A stretch of DNA of 64,000 nucleotides from a virus, in IMG/VR virus record IMGVR_UViG_3300043788_000131, positions 37,798-101,797 of that record. One strand, given 5' to 3'. The first letter of the stretch is position 1; each line of letters begins with the position of its first letter. The notes beneath the pieces were generated by a model, which had not been told where the DNA came from, made no database searches, and saw nothing but the letters and a program-made list of their open reading frames with translations. The position numbers and the translations under genes are program-made. Below are positions 1 through 9,387 of this stretch, piece after piece.

Positions 1-188
1 AGGTTCGCCAGCACAAGGTTCGTGTTGGCGAGCGTCGGCGAGGCGACCTGGAGCGCCGTCGTCAGCACGGGCGTCGCGTCCATCGTGAACGCTTGGCCGA
101 TGTCGGTAACGTCGCCGTCCTGGCTCGCGCGGGCGAGTTCTTGCAATGCGGCCCGCGGGTTGTTTGGATTTATGGTGACGCGACGCAT
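1..188 (-). CDS. Tail-operon protein, 3'-truncated by window edge (MRRVTINPNNPRAALQELARASQDGD...)
   Basis: Read by hand: ATG at 188, frame open to position 1; same strand as the tail genes. Confidence 0.55.
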   Translation of the reverse strand, partial: MRRVTINPNNPRAALQELARASQDGDVTDIGQAFTMDATPVLTTALQVASPTLANTNLVLAN

Positions 189-297
189 TTGGACTTATCC
201 ACGGTAAGGTTTGGTTAGGGTTTTAGGGGTTGACTGCCCCCCTCGCCGTCGACAGACTGCGGCGGTATTCCGAGCATCGGAACACGGGGGAATTCAA

Positions 298-894
298 ATG
301 AGGATGAGGCTCTTGCGAGCAGCAATGCTCGCTGCTGGGACGCTTGCGCTTGCTCTATCAACAACCACTGCCGACGCGGCCCGCTATCATCACCGCGCAT
401 CACGGCACATCACCGCGCATCACTTCGGCAAATACCTTGCCTCGCGGCATTTACACTATCAGCACCGGCATTTCCGGCGGGTCATGATAGTGACGCACAG
501 ACAGCACCGCAGGGCTGAAACGGGCGCGAGGCCGAGTTGCTTCTATGTCGCCGCCTCGATGGGCGGGCCGTGTGGCTGCTGGGCCGCCTGGAATCTTCTC
601 GGGCGCGTCGAGCATGTTTGGCGCGGCGTCAACCTGTGGCTCGCGCAGGACTGGCTTAAATTCCCGCGCACCGAGCCGGCGCCGGGAACGGCCGCGGTGT
701 GGCCGCATCGGCATGTCGCGCCGGTCGTTGCCGTCCACAATGACAAGACGGGGCGGGCGGTGACAGTCACGGTGCGCGATAGTTGGGCCACACACGAGGT
801 GCGCACCGCGGGACTGATCTTCGTCCAACCGCCAACCGTTGGCGTTCCGCTCCACCGACCGCTTATCAGGTGGATGTCGGACGCGCCACTTTGA
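298..894 (+). CDS. Secreted protein: signal peptide, His/Arg-rich linker, CHAP/NlpC-P60-like Cys-His domain
   Basis: MRMRLLRAAMLAAGTLALALSTTTADA signal; GGPCGCWAAW...LWLAQDWLKF...PAPGTAAVWPHRHVAPV resembles a CHAP core; GGGGG RBS before ATG 298. Confidence 0.6.
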   Translation: MRMRLLRAAMLAAGTLALALSTTTADAARYHHRASRHITAHHFGKYLASRHLHYQHRHFRRVMIVTHRQHRRAETGARPSCFYVAASMGGPCGCWAAWNLLGRVEHVWRGVNLWLAQDWLKFPRTEPAPGTAAVWPHRHVAPVVAVHNDKTGRAVTVTVRDSWATHEVRTAGLIFVQPPTVGVPLHRPLIRWMSDAPL

Positions 895-904
895 GGAGGC
901 CCAC

Positions 905-1426
905 ATGCCGTTGCTGGACAATCCCGCCGCACTGCAGCTTATAAGTTATGGGGTCGGCTTTGTCGGTCTCATGCTGCTGGGTTTCGCCGGCTGGAGTTAC
1001 TCCTTCCGTCGAAAGAAGAAGGTGTTCGAGCCCAAGGTCGTTAGCGACTGGAAGCGGACCGAGCACATCGACTTCTCGGCGAGGGATGATGTCATGCTGT
1101 CGGAGCAGGAGGATGTTGAGGCTCAATTCGTCCTGCTCGTGCAGGAGAGGCGCCTCGTCGCCAATATCTCGGGCACACCGACGCCCGACATCCGGTGGCG
1201 ATACGCTACCAAGGCCGAGGCGAAAGAGATCGCGCACATGGTCGCGATGCACCGGCAGATCCAAGATGTCCGCGCCGATCAGTCGACCGAGATTAACTAC
1301 GTCGTTGGCGGAAGCGGCGCACTCTCGCCGCCGCATGTAATAGCCATCGACAAGTTTGCAGGCGCCGGAGGCGGCGATAGCGGCGCCCTCGACCGTAGTG
1401 GTGCGGGTGAAGATGCCCCGCTTTAG
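905..1426 (+). CDS. Single-pass membrane protein (moron-like)
   Basis: GAGGAGG RBS; N-terminal TM helix followed by RRKKK; convergent with the tail gene, stops overlapping. Confidence 0.65.
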   Translation: MPLLDNPAALQLISYGVGFVGLMLLGFAGWSYSFRRKKKVFEPKVVSDWKRTEHIDFSARDDVMLSEQEDVEAQFVLLVQERRLVANISGTPTPDIRWRYATKAEAKEIAHMVAMHRQIQDVRADQSTEINYVVGGSGALSPPHVIAIDKFAGAGGGDSGALDRSGAGEDAPL

Positions 1427-3516
1427 CGCCGCTTTGCGGTCGGCCGAATGAAGGCAACCGGCTTTCCGAGCCGCATGTAGTTGCCTGCTTCGGCGCACGA
1501 CATTTGAAGCTGCGAGTAGCGGCCTGAAATGCGGAAGTCGGTAAGCCCGGCTTGCGCTTCTTCCACGATCTCAACCTCGGTGTCCTCGGCCACAAGGTCG
1601 GTGAGGCGGTCAAAGGTGGTGACCGTGGCCGTGATGTCGCCCGATTGCTGAAAGAAGTCGAACAGAATGCCCTCGATGTCGTGGGCGACCACTCCCTCTT
1701 GCAGCGTGTAGGGCGACAGCGTGAGCGTCCAAGTCAGCGGACTACCGTTGTCGTCGAAGGTGTCGTTGATGAAGTCATGATTGTAGAGGTACCCGTCACT
1801 CCCTGCCATGATCGGCGAGGTGTCGCCGGATGTGAAATGCGAGCCTGACGCGCGGCCAGCGACCACGCCGACGCTTGAATAAAAGTTCGCGGTGCCCGTC
1901 ACCCAGCATTGATCGTCAATCGAATAGACAACGTATCTGGTCGGGTTCGAATCTCCGTTCGTGGGATAAAACCACCAAATCTCGTGGTACTTCGGCACGT
2001 AGATGGCATTGCACTGAAAGGCGAGTGTGTCCGGCACCGCATCAAACACGTACTTGCGGATGTCTTCCACGTTCATCATCGGCTGGACGGAGCCGTTGTA
2101 GGTATAGAAATTGTCCGGGCCCATCCAATAGGCGAGGCCATCGACGGTGACCGCCGCGTCGGGACCAATCAGGCCGCAGTCGCGGCCCGCGAGCGATGAG
2201 TTGTAAAGAAACTGCGAGCCGGTGTACTGGAACAGATAGGCCGCGTTATCCGACCACACCATCGAAATGAAGGGCTGCAGCGCGCGGCCAGCGACCAACT
2301 TTGAACCGACCTGGAGCGTGCGGGCGAAGGCGGTGTTGGTGGTTGCCGGCGTCCAGGTCGTGGGGTCGCCCTGCGAGCAGACGTTGACCACCATGGCGTC
2401 GGAGAGCGCGAAGATAAAGCGCTCCGGGGTGACGAAGACAAAGCGGATGTTCGTCGGGGCGCCCGTAACCGGATTGCCGCCAAAGGTCGCGACCGCGCGC
2501 GGCCACGGTTGGGCCTGCGTTGGGTCAAAGAACCAGAGCGAGCCGCCATTATAGCTCGCGACGAGGATTTGGCCGAAGTTGTCGAGCGACCACACTCGCG
2601 GCTCGAAGAAGATCGTGCTCGAAGCGCGTGGGGTGCCCCAGGTGCCCTGGCCGTAGGGCCCGGTGCCCCAGCCCTGGCCGTAGGCGCCGAGCTCGGTGCC
2701 GACCGAAATCTCGTATTGGAAGGTGACCGAGTTGCCGCCACCGGCGCCGGTCGCGTTCGCGGTTGTCGTGGCACTGATGGTGTAATGGTTGACGTCGACC
2801 AAGGTGACAACGATGAAAGTCCCGTTCATCGTCACGTTGTTGAAGGTGGACGCCCCCGCGAAGATCGCGGTGTCGCCCACGCCTCTGCCATGGTTGACGT
2901 GGGTGACCGTGACAACGGCGGAACCGTTTGAGGTCACGAACGGGCCGATGGTCGCGACCGGCGTCGAGAAGCCCGAGCCGGTGCCGCCGATATTCGCGGC
3001 CGCGGCAGAGAGCACGTCGGCGACCGTGTAGAGATCGCCCGCCGCAGTGATGGTGACGGTCGTCACTGCGCCGCCGCCGCCGACTACGATGGTGGCCTTG
3101 GCGCCGGAGCCGGTGCCGCCGGTCAGCGGCACGTTGGTATAGGTGCCTGGGGTGTAGAGCGTGCCGCCGGTGATCGCGCCGTGGGTGAGAACGCCGCCGC
3201 GCGTCAGTGACCCGGTCGAGGAAAACGGCGTGATGTCGTTGAGCGTGAAGCTCGAATCGAAGGCGTAGAGTTTGCGGTAGGTCCCGCAGGCCGTGTAGCC
3301 GTTCTGTAGGAAGTCTTGCCAGCACAGTGTCGCGCGCGGGGTGCCCGACATGGCGGTCGAGGTGACGCGCCGGTTGCCGCCGATCTTCTGCGGGCGAGCG
3401 TGGTGAAATCTGATCTTGTCGATCGGCAGGACCCAGCGGCCCTCGGCCGTGCGCAGCGACTCGGTGACCACGGCCCCCGGCGGTGGATTGATGGGGACCG
3501 GGACGAGATTGGACAT
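1423..3516 (-). CDS. Podovirus tail tubular B / DNA stabilisation (P22 gp10-like) protein with inserted beta-rich domains
   Basis: WSLDNFGQILVA, CGLIGPDAAV..DGLAYWMG..NFY.YNGSVQ, YHEIWWFYP and C-terminal RISGRY motifs; position after the fibre gene. Confidence 0.75.
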   Translation of the reverse strand: MSNLVPVPINPPPGAVVTESLRTAEGRWVLPIDKIRFHHARPQKIGGNRRVTSTAMSGTPRATLCWQDFLQNGYTACGTYRKLYAFDSSFTLNDITPFSSTGSLTRGGVLTHGAITGGTLYTPGTYTNVPLTGGTGSGAKATIVVGGGGAVTTVTITAAGDLYTVADVLSAAAANIGGTGSGFSTPVATIGPFVTSNGSAVVTVTHVNHGRGVGDTAIFAGASTFNNVTMNGTFIVVTLVDVNHYTISATTTANATGAGGGNSVTFQYEISVGTELGAYGQGWGTGPYGQGTWGTPRASSTIFFEPRVWSLDNFGQILVASYNGGSLWFFDPTQAQPWPRAVATFGGNPVTGAPTNIRFVFVTPERFIFALSDAMVVNVCSQGDPTTWTPATTNTAFARTLQVGSKLVAGRALQPFISMVWSDNAAYLFQYTGSQFLYNSSLAGRDCGLIGPDAAVTVDGLAYWMGPDNFYTYNGSVQPMMNVEDIRKYVFDAVPDTLAFQCNAIYVPKYHEIWWFYPTNGDSNPTRYVVYSIDDQCWVTGTANFYSSVGVVAGRASGSHFTSGDTSPIMAGSDGYLYNHDFINDTFDDNGSPLTWTLTLSPYTLQEGVVAHDIEGILFDFFQQSGDITATVTTFDRLTDLVAEDTEVEIVEEAQAGLTDFRISGRYSQLQMSCAEAGNYMRLGKPVAFIRPTAKRR

Positions 3517-3517
3517 T

Positions 3518-4507
3518 TTACCGCCGCCGCCGGGCCTGGATCTGCCCATAAGCCCCGGTGATGGTGTCGTCACACTGAGCTACGAGGAAATAGGTGGTCG
3601 GAGAAGTGACGCTGACCCGGAGACAAATTCCGTTTATAGACGGATCAAGTCCGCTGGCGTAGTGCTGGACTCCAACGATGATTGTACCCCGCGCCATCGG
3701 CAGCACCGTTGGAATGGTGGCGCTGACAGTGCTCAATGCGGCATAACAGCTAGCGGCGCTGTCGTTGAACGCGCTTTTGAAATAACAATCCGCCCAAACG
3801 TCCCAATCCCCGGCCGGAATTGACAGCGAAGTGACGTTTGCAGGCGTGGCGAACGTCAGCGGCACAGCCGAAGCGGTCTGTACCACCGCATTCAGATATT
3901 GCCCGGCAGAGCCAGCGGCTGCGCTGCTTCCATCAGTGACGCCGGTTGCCCTCCAGGTATCGACGCCCAGAGTGGAGAAGCGCCAATCGCCAGCGGCGGC
4001 TCTATACAGGCCTGACGTGGGCTCATTGATGTTTGAGTATGCTGGTGCCGCCCCCGAACCGTCCGGCATCTGCACTTGCTGCGAATTGAACGGCAGGACG
4101 ATGATGTCGTTGCTGCCGTCGCAGATGACGAGTTGCCAGCCGGAGTTTTGCGGGATCGCGGTGGAAAGAGAGCCGGACGGCGTCTTGATCTTGAGGAGGG
4201 GGGCGCCCGAGGTCTGGTTATTGACCCACCAGAATTTCGTCAGGTTGGGCACCTGGAGGGTCTGATCGGAGCCGAGTGCGCCGGTAAACACCAGCGCCGC
4301 GTAGCGGGCCTGGGAGGCGCCTGCCGGCGGCGGTGTGCCAGAGAGATCGAGCGTGCCGCCTGAAATCGCGGAAATCAGGAAGTTGGCGAGAGCGTCTTCG
4401 AAAATCTGAAAGACGTTTGCATTAGCGATGCTTCCCCAGGTGTTGTTATCGTTCCCGGTCCCCATGATGGTGAAACCGAGGGTATTTGAGAAGGTGTCAG
4501 CGGTCAT
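3518..4507 (-). CDS. Tail fibre / adaptor protein
   Basis: N-terminal LGFTIMGTGNDNNTWGSIAN anchor; C-terminal GVTDGS.AAAG..G.Y...NVTSLSIPAGDWDV module typical of phage fibres. Confidence 0.7.
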   Translation of the reverse strand: MTADTFSNTLGFTIMGTGNDNNTWGSIANANVFQIFEDALANFLISAISGGTLDLSGTPPPAGASQARYAALVFTGALGSDQTLQVPNLTKFWWVNNQTSGAPLLKIKTPSGSLSTAIPQNSGWQLVICDGSNDIIVLPFNSQQVQMPDGSGAAPAYSNINEPTSGLYRAAAGDWRFSTLGVDTWRATGVTDGSSAAAGSAGQYLNAVVQTASAVPLTFATPANVTSLSIPAGDWDVWADCYFKSAFNDSAASCYAALSTVSATIPTVLPMARGTIIVGVQHYASGLDPSINGICLRVSVTSPTTYFLVAQCDDTITGAYGQIQARRRR

Positions 4508-4515
4508 GGGCTAAC

Positions 4516-5421
4516 TCACGGGATGTAGGGGTCGAGCTCCATGCCGCGCTCGTGCATGTCGTTCTCCATCGAGATTGCTTCGATGGCTTGGACAAGCCGC
4601 GTCACGTATTTCTGGTATTCGGTATCGTCCTTCATGAACTCGGCCGCTGCCGCAAGGCAGGCGACCCGCATGAGCTTCGGATACCGATTGGTCAGGAAGT
4701 TCGTTTCGTTGGTGGTTTTCACCAGCAGCGGGAGGCTCTGGTAATAGTGGAGCCTGCAGAGCGTCGTCTGAAATGCCGGCTGGTCGAACTGAATGCGCTC
4801 GTCCCAGATGGCCCAGAAGAGCGGTGTACCAGGAACGATGGCGTCGCAAATATAGGTGACGGAAGCCCCGCCTCCCGCACCAGACCCGCTTGGTGTCGTG
4901 CCCAGGATCGAAATGTCGATCGTGAAATTGTTGGCGTCGGTGATCCCGTTTATCGGGAATGTGCCGGTGATTGTTGCCCCGTTGAAGGCCGCGGCACCAG
5001 TTGTGTAAAACACCGACGCCTGGGTGAAACCGTGGCCGGGGAGGTTGACCGACACTGTGTTCGAGGAGGCCGTGGTGGTGAACGGGTTTGTCCCCAGCGT
5101 CCCCGAAGTTTCTGTGTAATTCCGGTTGTTTTTGACGTAGGCGGCGTCTCTATGCTTTACCCGCGTATTGAAGGTCGCCATCTGCAGGTCGCCGATCGGA
5201 TCGAGAAACCCGGTCGGCAGCGGCAGATAGGCTTGGTTGACCGCGAGCGTGAAGTCGTAGCTCGTCTTCATTTCACGCGTGCGCAGGCGGCCTTCGCCGT
5301 ACAAAAGCGCCTGGGCCTCGTCGATCACCGTGGCGGTGTCAAGTTTTGTGTAATTGATCCAGGTAGCGATCGCGCCCGGCGTGCCCTTGGGCGCCGAAAG
5401 GCTGGTATAGGACATCGCCAT
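4516..5421 (-). CDS. Head-tail adaptor / tail tubular protein A with inserted E1-FCCH-like domain
   Basis: IDEAQALL...RLRTREM...LPLPTGFL...TNFLTNRYPKL...AAEFMKDD pattern. Confidence 0.7.
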   Translation of the reverse strand: MAMSYTSLSAPKGTPGAIATWINYTKLDTATVIDEAQALLYGEGRLRTREMKTSYDFTLAVNQAYLPLPTGFLDPIGDLQMATFNTRVKHRDAAYVKNNRNYTETSGTLGTNPFTTTASSNTVSVNLPGHGFTQASVFYTTGAAAFNGATITGTFPINGITDANNFTIDISILGTTPSGSGAGGGASVTYICDAIVPGTPLFWAIWDERIQFDQPAFQTTLCRLHYYQSLPLLVKTTNETNFLTNRYPKLMRVACLAAAAEFMKDDTEYQKYVTRLVQAIEAISMENDMHERGMELDPYIP

Positions 5422-5431
5422 GAGACTGCCC

Positions 5432-6169
5432 CTACTTCGTCAGCCACTTGCCCTGGACGGTGCAGAAGAACAGCGTGATGGTGCCGTTGGTGACCGTGGT
5501 CACACCGCTGCCATTCACTGTGTCGCCGCCGCCGACACCACCAAGCGCCGCGGTTGCGGCAAAGACTTGCATCGTGTGAGCGCCGTTGTTGATGACGCTG
5601 ATCTGCATTCCGGGCTGTGCAGGCGGCAAGGTGCCTCCATCGTTGTTGTTGGTGACCGTGTCGAACTCGGCCATCGACGAGGTGATCGGCGTGCCGCCGG
5701 CCGCGGTCTGCGTCGTGCCGGCAGTGAGGTTCGTCTGATAGGCGACTGTGGGATAGGCGCCGTTATTGCCGACGCCGACGTCCTGAGCGGTCCAGGTAGT
5801 GAGACCGGCCTTGATCGCGGCGGCATAGAAATTGACGCAACCGCCGGGCATAACCGGGATGCCGGTCGAGCCGGAGATACCGTTGAGGGTGTCACCACTT
5901 TGAGCGGCGTACACCTGCATGGTGTTGGCACCGGCGTTGATGACCGTGACCGCGAGGCCAGGGGCGCCGAACGGCAGCGTCCCCGCGTCGCCCGCGTTGG
6001 CGACCGTGGTAAAGCGGCAGACATTGCGGTCGATCGGCGTACCGCCAGCGATGCTGTGCGTCGTGGACGCCGTCATGCTGTCGCGGCCGCCGAACACTGG
6101 ATTGTTGCCGGCATATCCGATCCCGGCCTCGAACTGCTGCGGGCCGGACTCAGTTACAAAATCTACCAT
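5432..6169 (-). CDS. Virion structural protein with tandem-duplicated beta domain
   Basis: Two copies of TA.TT...AGGTPI...F.TV...D.GTLP...PG....VIN.GA.TMQV.A. Confidence 0.7.
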   Translation of the reverse strand: MVDFVTESGPQQFEAGIGYAGNNPVFGGRDSMTASTTHSIAGGTPIDRNVCRFTTVANAGDAGTLPFGAPGLAVTVINAGANTMQVYAAQSGDTLNGISGSTGIPVMPGGCVNFYAAAIKAGLTTWTAQDVGVGNNGAYPTVAYQTNLTAGTTQTAAGGTPITSSMAEFDTVTNNNDGGTLPPAQPGMQISVINNGAHTMQVFAATAALGGVGGGDTVNGSGVTTVTNGTITLFFCTVQGKWLTK

Positions 6170-6239
6170 GGGAGAACCTCAACAGATGGCGAGGGGCGAC
6201 GCGCACTCGCGCGTCACCAAAAAGCGTTGCGGAATAGGA

Positions 6240-6860
6240 TCAGACGCTGGCGCGGCTCTCGGCCGGCGGCAGCATCTTGAGGAACTGAGGCGCCAGAGCG
6301 CTCTCATCGACCACGTTCTCGTCGAGCACGAGGTCAACCACGATCTGCGGGATCGACTGTGCAGACACGTTCTTGTGGAATTTGTCGCGCACCGCGTTCC
6401 TGATCTGGTGCGGCTGGTAGCGTTGCTCGCCCTTGAGCCACGCTGCGAGGTCGACACCGCCGCCCGGCGTTGCCCCCAGGCTGTCGGAGAATTCGTCGGC
6501 CCCCTCTTCGTCTTCGAGTCCGAAATCCTCGGCGGAAGTTTTCGCGCGCTGTTCCTCCTGCGCCTTGACCCTTGCGGTCTTGGCGGCGAGGTAGCGGCGC
6601 ATTCCCGGCGAGTAGAGCGGGTGATACTTGACGGTGATCGGATTGCCATTCTTGTCGAGGCCGGCGCCTTCGAACGGCTCCGTCTTGCCGTCATCCTCGA
6701 TCAGATTGTCTTGGGCGTCGAAGGGCAGGAGAATGACGTGTCCCCCCATCTTGCCGCCCTGCCAATTCACCACGCGATAGTGAGGATCGTCAGGGGTACG
6801 CTCACCGTGGCATTCGGAGAACGTCTTGCCGCGGTCAAGCCGCAGCTTCGGCTCAGTCAT
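6240..6860 (-). CDS. Hypothetical protein downstream of capsid
   Basis: AAGGAG RBS before ATG 6860; phage-like codon usage. Confidence 0.65.
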   Translation of the reverse strand: MTEPKLRLDRGKTFSECHGERTPDDPHYRVVNWQGGKMGGHVILLPFDAQDNLIEDDGKTEPFEGAGLDKNGNPITVKYHPLYSPGMRRYLAAKTARVKAQEEQRAKTSAEDFGLEDEEGADEFSDSLGATPGGGVDLAAWLKGEQRYQPHQIRNAVRDKFHKNVSAQSIPQIVVDLVLDENVVDESALAPQFLKMLPPAESRASV

Positions 6861-6878
6861 CGTTTGCTCCTTGCTGGA

Positions 6879-6909
6879 ATGAAAAAGGCCCCGGACGAAC
6901 CGGGGCCTT
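6879..6909 (-). terminator. Intrinsic terminator-like hairpin
   Basis: GGCCCCGG-TTCGT-CCGGGGCC followed by TTTTTCATT on the minus strand. Confidence 0.75.
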
Positions 6910-6933
6910 CGTGACAAGCGGCTGCGAGACCGC

Positions 6934-7227
6934 CTAGTCGCCGGACTTGACGCTGCCAGCGGCGCCGACTGTCTCCTGCACGGCGCTGACTCCCGTCAGC
7001 GAGTGCTTGAGGTTGGTGTCGCTACCGCGCCAACTCATGTCCTCGATCGACGAGTCGATGGGCATCACGAGCTTCACGTTGTCCATCGGCAGCGCCGTAT
7101 TCAGCGTCTGCCCACGGCCGACCGAGCGCGTGTGAATGCCGTTCGACTTGCCAGAACCACCCGTGAGAGCGCCGCTGATGAAGCGCTCCGGGTTGTCCTT
7201 GCCGTAGGGGCGATTGGTCTGTGCCAT
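6934..7227 (-). CDS. Small hypothetical protein (MAQTNRPYGKD...)
   Basis: AGGAGG RBS before ATG 7227. Confidence 0.6.
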   Translation of the reverse strand: MAQTNRPYGKDNPERFISGALTGGSGKSNGIHTRSVGRGQTLNTALPMDNVKLVMPIDSSIEDMSWRGSDTNLKHSLTGVSAVQETVGAAGSVKSGD

Positions 7228-7255
7228 TCGCGTCCTCCTGTGTGGTTTGGGGGAA

Positions 7256-7486
7256 TTACTGCTCGAACGATTGGTCGGGACCCCGATAGGTCGGGCCGGC
7301 CACGCCCGAAACAGGCGGGGGCGCGCCTTGCGCGTCTGGTGATGCTCTGGAAAGCACGGTGTACCCGTCCTTGCCTGCGTCGCCGGTGTGAGTGGCGTCG
7401 TCGTGGACGGGCAGCGGGCGAGGATCGTGCATTCTGATCGGATCGTTCCGCTTCGTGTTTCCAAAAAACAAACCGAGGCCGCGCAT
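7256..7486 (-). CDS. Small hypothetical protein (MRGLGLFFG...)
   Basis: AGGAG RBS before ATG 7486. Confidence 0.5.
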   Translation of the reverse strand: MRGLGLFFGNTKRNDPIRMHDPRPLPVHDDATHTGDAGKDGYTVLSRASPDAQGAPPPVSGVAGPTYRGPDQSFEQ

Positions 7487-7554
7487 GGCGTTGCTCCTGG
7501 TGAAGGGATGAGAAAGGGAGCGGCGCCCCCTTCCTCGCTGTTGCGGTGGTTGGC

Positions 7555-8325
7555 TTACCAGACGTTGGAACCAAGCCACTGGATCTTGACGCGCGGGATA
7601 CCGCCGCCGTTTCCAGAGCCGGCGCCATTGGCCTGCAGGGTGATGACCACGTTGAGCCACACAACACCACCGGCGGTGTACGCAGTCGAGAAAGTCTGCG
7701 CGACCTCGAAGTATTGGAAGCTCGTGGAGTCGATCGCCGTCACGGCCTGTTTGTTGGCGTTGACGCTGGTCGAGCCAGTGACGCCCTGGACGCTGACGAG
7801 CATGCCGACAGTCAGATCCTTGAGCGGGGTCATGCCACCAGGGCTGCCCTGCACGTAGATGCGGCTGTGGGAAGAGTCGACGCCCTGGACGACGTTGGTG
7901 ATCGTCCATCCCGATGCCGGAATGCGGCCCTTGGGGACCACGGTCCCGTAGGAGCCGCCGGCAATACCCGACGACGTCAGCGGGCCGCCGTCAAGAACGA
8001 CGTGGCCGGTGTAGTCGGCGAGGGTGCGGGGCGGGTTGCCGGTGATGAGCTCGGCGGAGGCGCGATACGGGCCGGTGTTGTAGCCCGTAGCGGTAGCCGT
8101 GCCGAGGCGGTAGCGGCCGTAGGTCGTGTCGCCGGACGAGATACCGACCTGAAGCTCGGCAACCGAGGTGGTGCCGACCATCGAAGTGGTAATATCGACC
8201 ATGAGATCACGAACAAATCCCACTTTGCCGCGCGGCCCTACGATGTAGCGAACAACGCTCGTGGCTGCCCACGTCGTTGCTTCCGCGTACTCGTAGAGCT
8301 CGACGTCAGAGGTTTCGTAGCTCAT
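7555..8325 (-). CDS. Putative capsid decoration/minor capsid protein with E1-FCCH-like insert
   Basis: Immediately after MCP; ITNV...LTVGMLVSVQGVTGSTSVN...VTAID...FSTAYTAGG matches the FCCH-like beta module of phage virion proteins. Confidence 0.6.
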   Translation of the reverse strand: MSYETSDVELYEYAEATTWAATSVVRYIVGPRGKVGFVRDLMVDITTSMVGTTSVAELQVGISSGDTTYGRYRLGTATATGYNTGPYRASAELITGNPPRTLADYTGHVVLDGGPLTSSGIAGGSYGTVVPKGRIPASGWTITNVVQGVDSSHSRIYVQGSPGGMTPLKDLTVGMLVSVQGVTGSTSVNANKQAVTAIDSTSFQYFEVAQTFSTAYTAGGVVWLNVVITLQANGAGSGNGGGIPRVKIQWLGSNVW

Positions 8326-8355
8326 GTTTGTTTGTTCCTTTCCTCTCTGACGCCC

Positions 8356-9348
8356 TTACGCTGCCGAGTCCCAGAACACGACGCGCGCGTTCAGGGCATC
8401 GGTGTGCACAAGGCCAAAGCCTCCCAGGTAGTACCAAGCAATACCCCGCGAGCGACCGTAGTCGCCGGGGATCTTTGCTCGGATTTCCTCGGGGATGCAG
8501 ATCGCTTCAGTGACGGTGTCACCGCCCATGAAGATGGCCCAGGACGAGAGATTGTTGGTCCACGCCTGCGCGACGTTGCCCCACGGATCGTAGGACGTCG
8601 CGTTTGCTGCTCCACCTTTCGGAATGAACGTCTGTTCAACGTATCTGGTGGACTCGTAACGGCCGATTTCGCCGTTAAAGATGTGCGCGAGACCCGTCTC
8701 CGTGTACTGATGAATAGTTTCTAAGCTATTCTTGAAGTTACGGAAGGTTGACGGATTCGACACGCAGACGTAGTCGTCGGCCGTGTAGGGCGGAATGTTC
8801 CGCTCTTTCATGGCGTCGACGAGCGCCTTGACATGCCCCGTGCCGAGCGCGACGTTATTTGTCACCGAGGCTGTGCCGTTGGTGTCCAAATTGATCGCGG
8901 TCGTTGATGTGCCAGACGACGGCTCCGCACGAAGAACCGTATTCTTGAACTGCAGATACGATTCGATGTCGAAGTATTTTCTGGCATCATCTTTTAGGGT
9001 CTTGTCGATGATGCTCGCGACCTGATGCTTCGCGAGAGCAACAAGCTTGCCGGTGTACGGCACGCTGTTGCCTGCTTCAAACACCGTCAACTGGTGCTGA
9101 ATGATCGTGAAGCCGGTTTCAGGAAGCGGTGCGGACTCGTCGAGACGACGGCCTTGGGTGCCCACATTGCTGTAAACGTCCCAATTATACTTGTCGCCTC
9201 TGTTGAGACCTTTCTTGGTGCCATCCTCCGCGTCGCAAAGCTGACGCATCTTCGTGAGGGGCTGTACCTGCTGACGAAGCACATCGCTGAGCTCGTCAGA
9301 GTACATGTAGCCACCCTCGGTGGGGATAGCCCAGAGTTGTCCTGCCAT
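8356..9348 (-). CDS. Major capsid protein (N4-gp56-like, HK97 fold)
   Basis: 330 aa after scaffold; EAGNSVPYTGKL, NGEIGRYE, DYGRSRGIAWYYLGGFGL motifs. Confidence 0.9.
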   Translation of the reverse strand: MAGQLWAIPTEGGYMYSDELSDVLRQQVQPLTKMRQLCDAEDGTKKGLNRGDKYNWDVYSNVGTQGRRLDESAPLPETGFTIIQHQLTVFEAGNSVPYTGKLVALAKHQVASIIDKTLKDDARKYFDIESYLQFKNTVLRAEPSSGTSTTAINLDTNGTASVTNNVALGTGHVKALVDAMKERNIPPYTADDYVCVSNPSTFRNFKNSLETIHQYTETGLAHIFNGEIGRYESTRYVEQTFIPKGGAANATSYDPWGNVAQAWTNNLSSWAIFMGGDTVTEAICIPEEIRAKIPGDYGRSRGIAWYYLGGFGLVHTDALNARVVFWDSAA

Positions 9349-9387
9349 GGGGCAAGCTCCTTCTCTGCTTGTCCCGTTTGTTTGGTG

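Noticed and set aside
8326-8360. Programmed frameshift or readthrough extending the capsid protein
   Set aside because: Clean TAA stop, separate strong RBS for the next gene, and no obvious slippery sequence.
4486-8724. Long plus-strand ORFs (e.g. 4486..5478, 5420..6280, 7546..8724; also 13578..14702)
   Set aside because: Shadow ORFs opposite well-supported minus-strand genes in high-GC DNA; no motifs or RBS.
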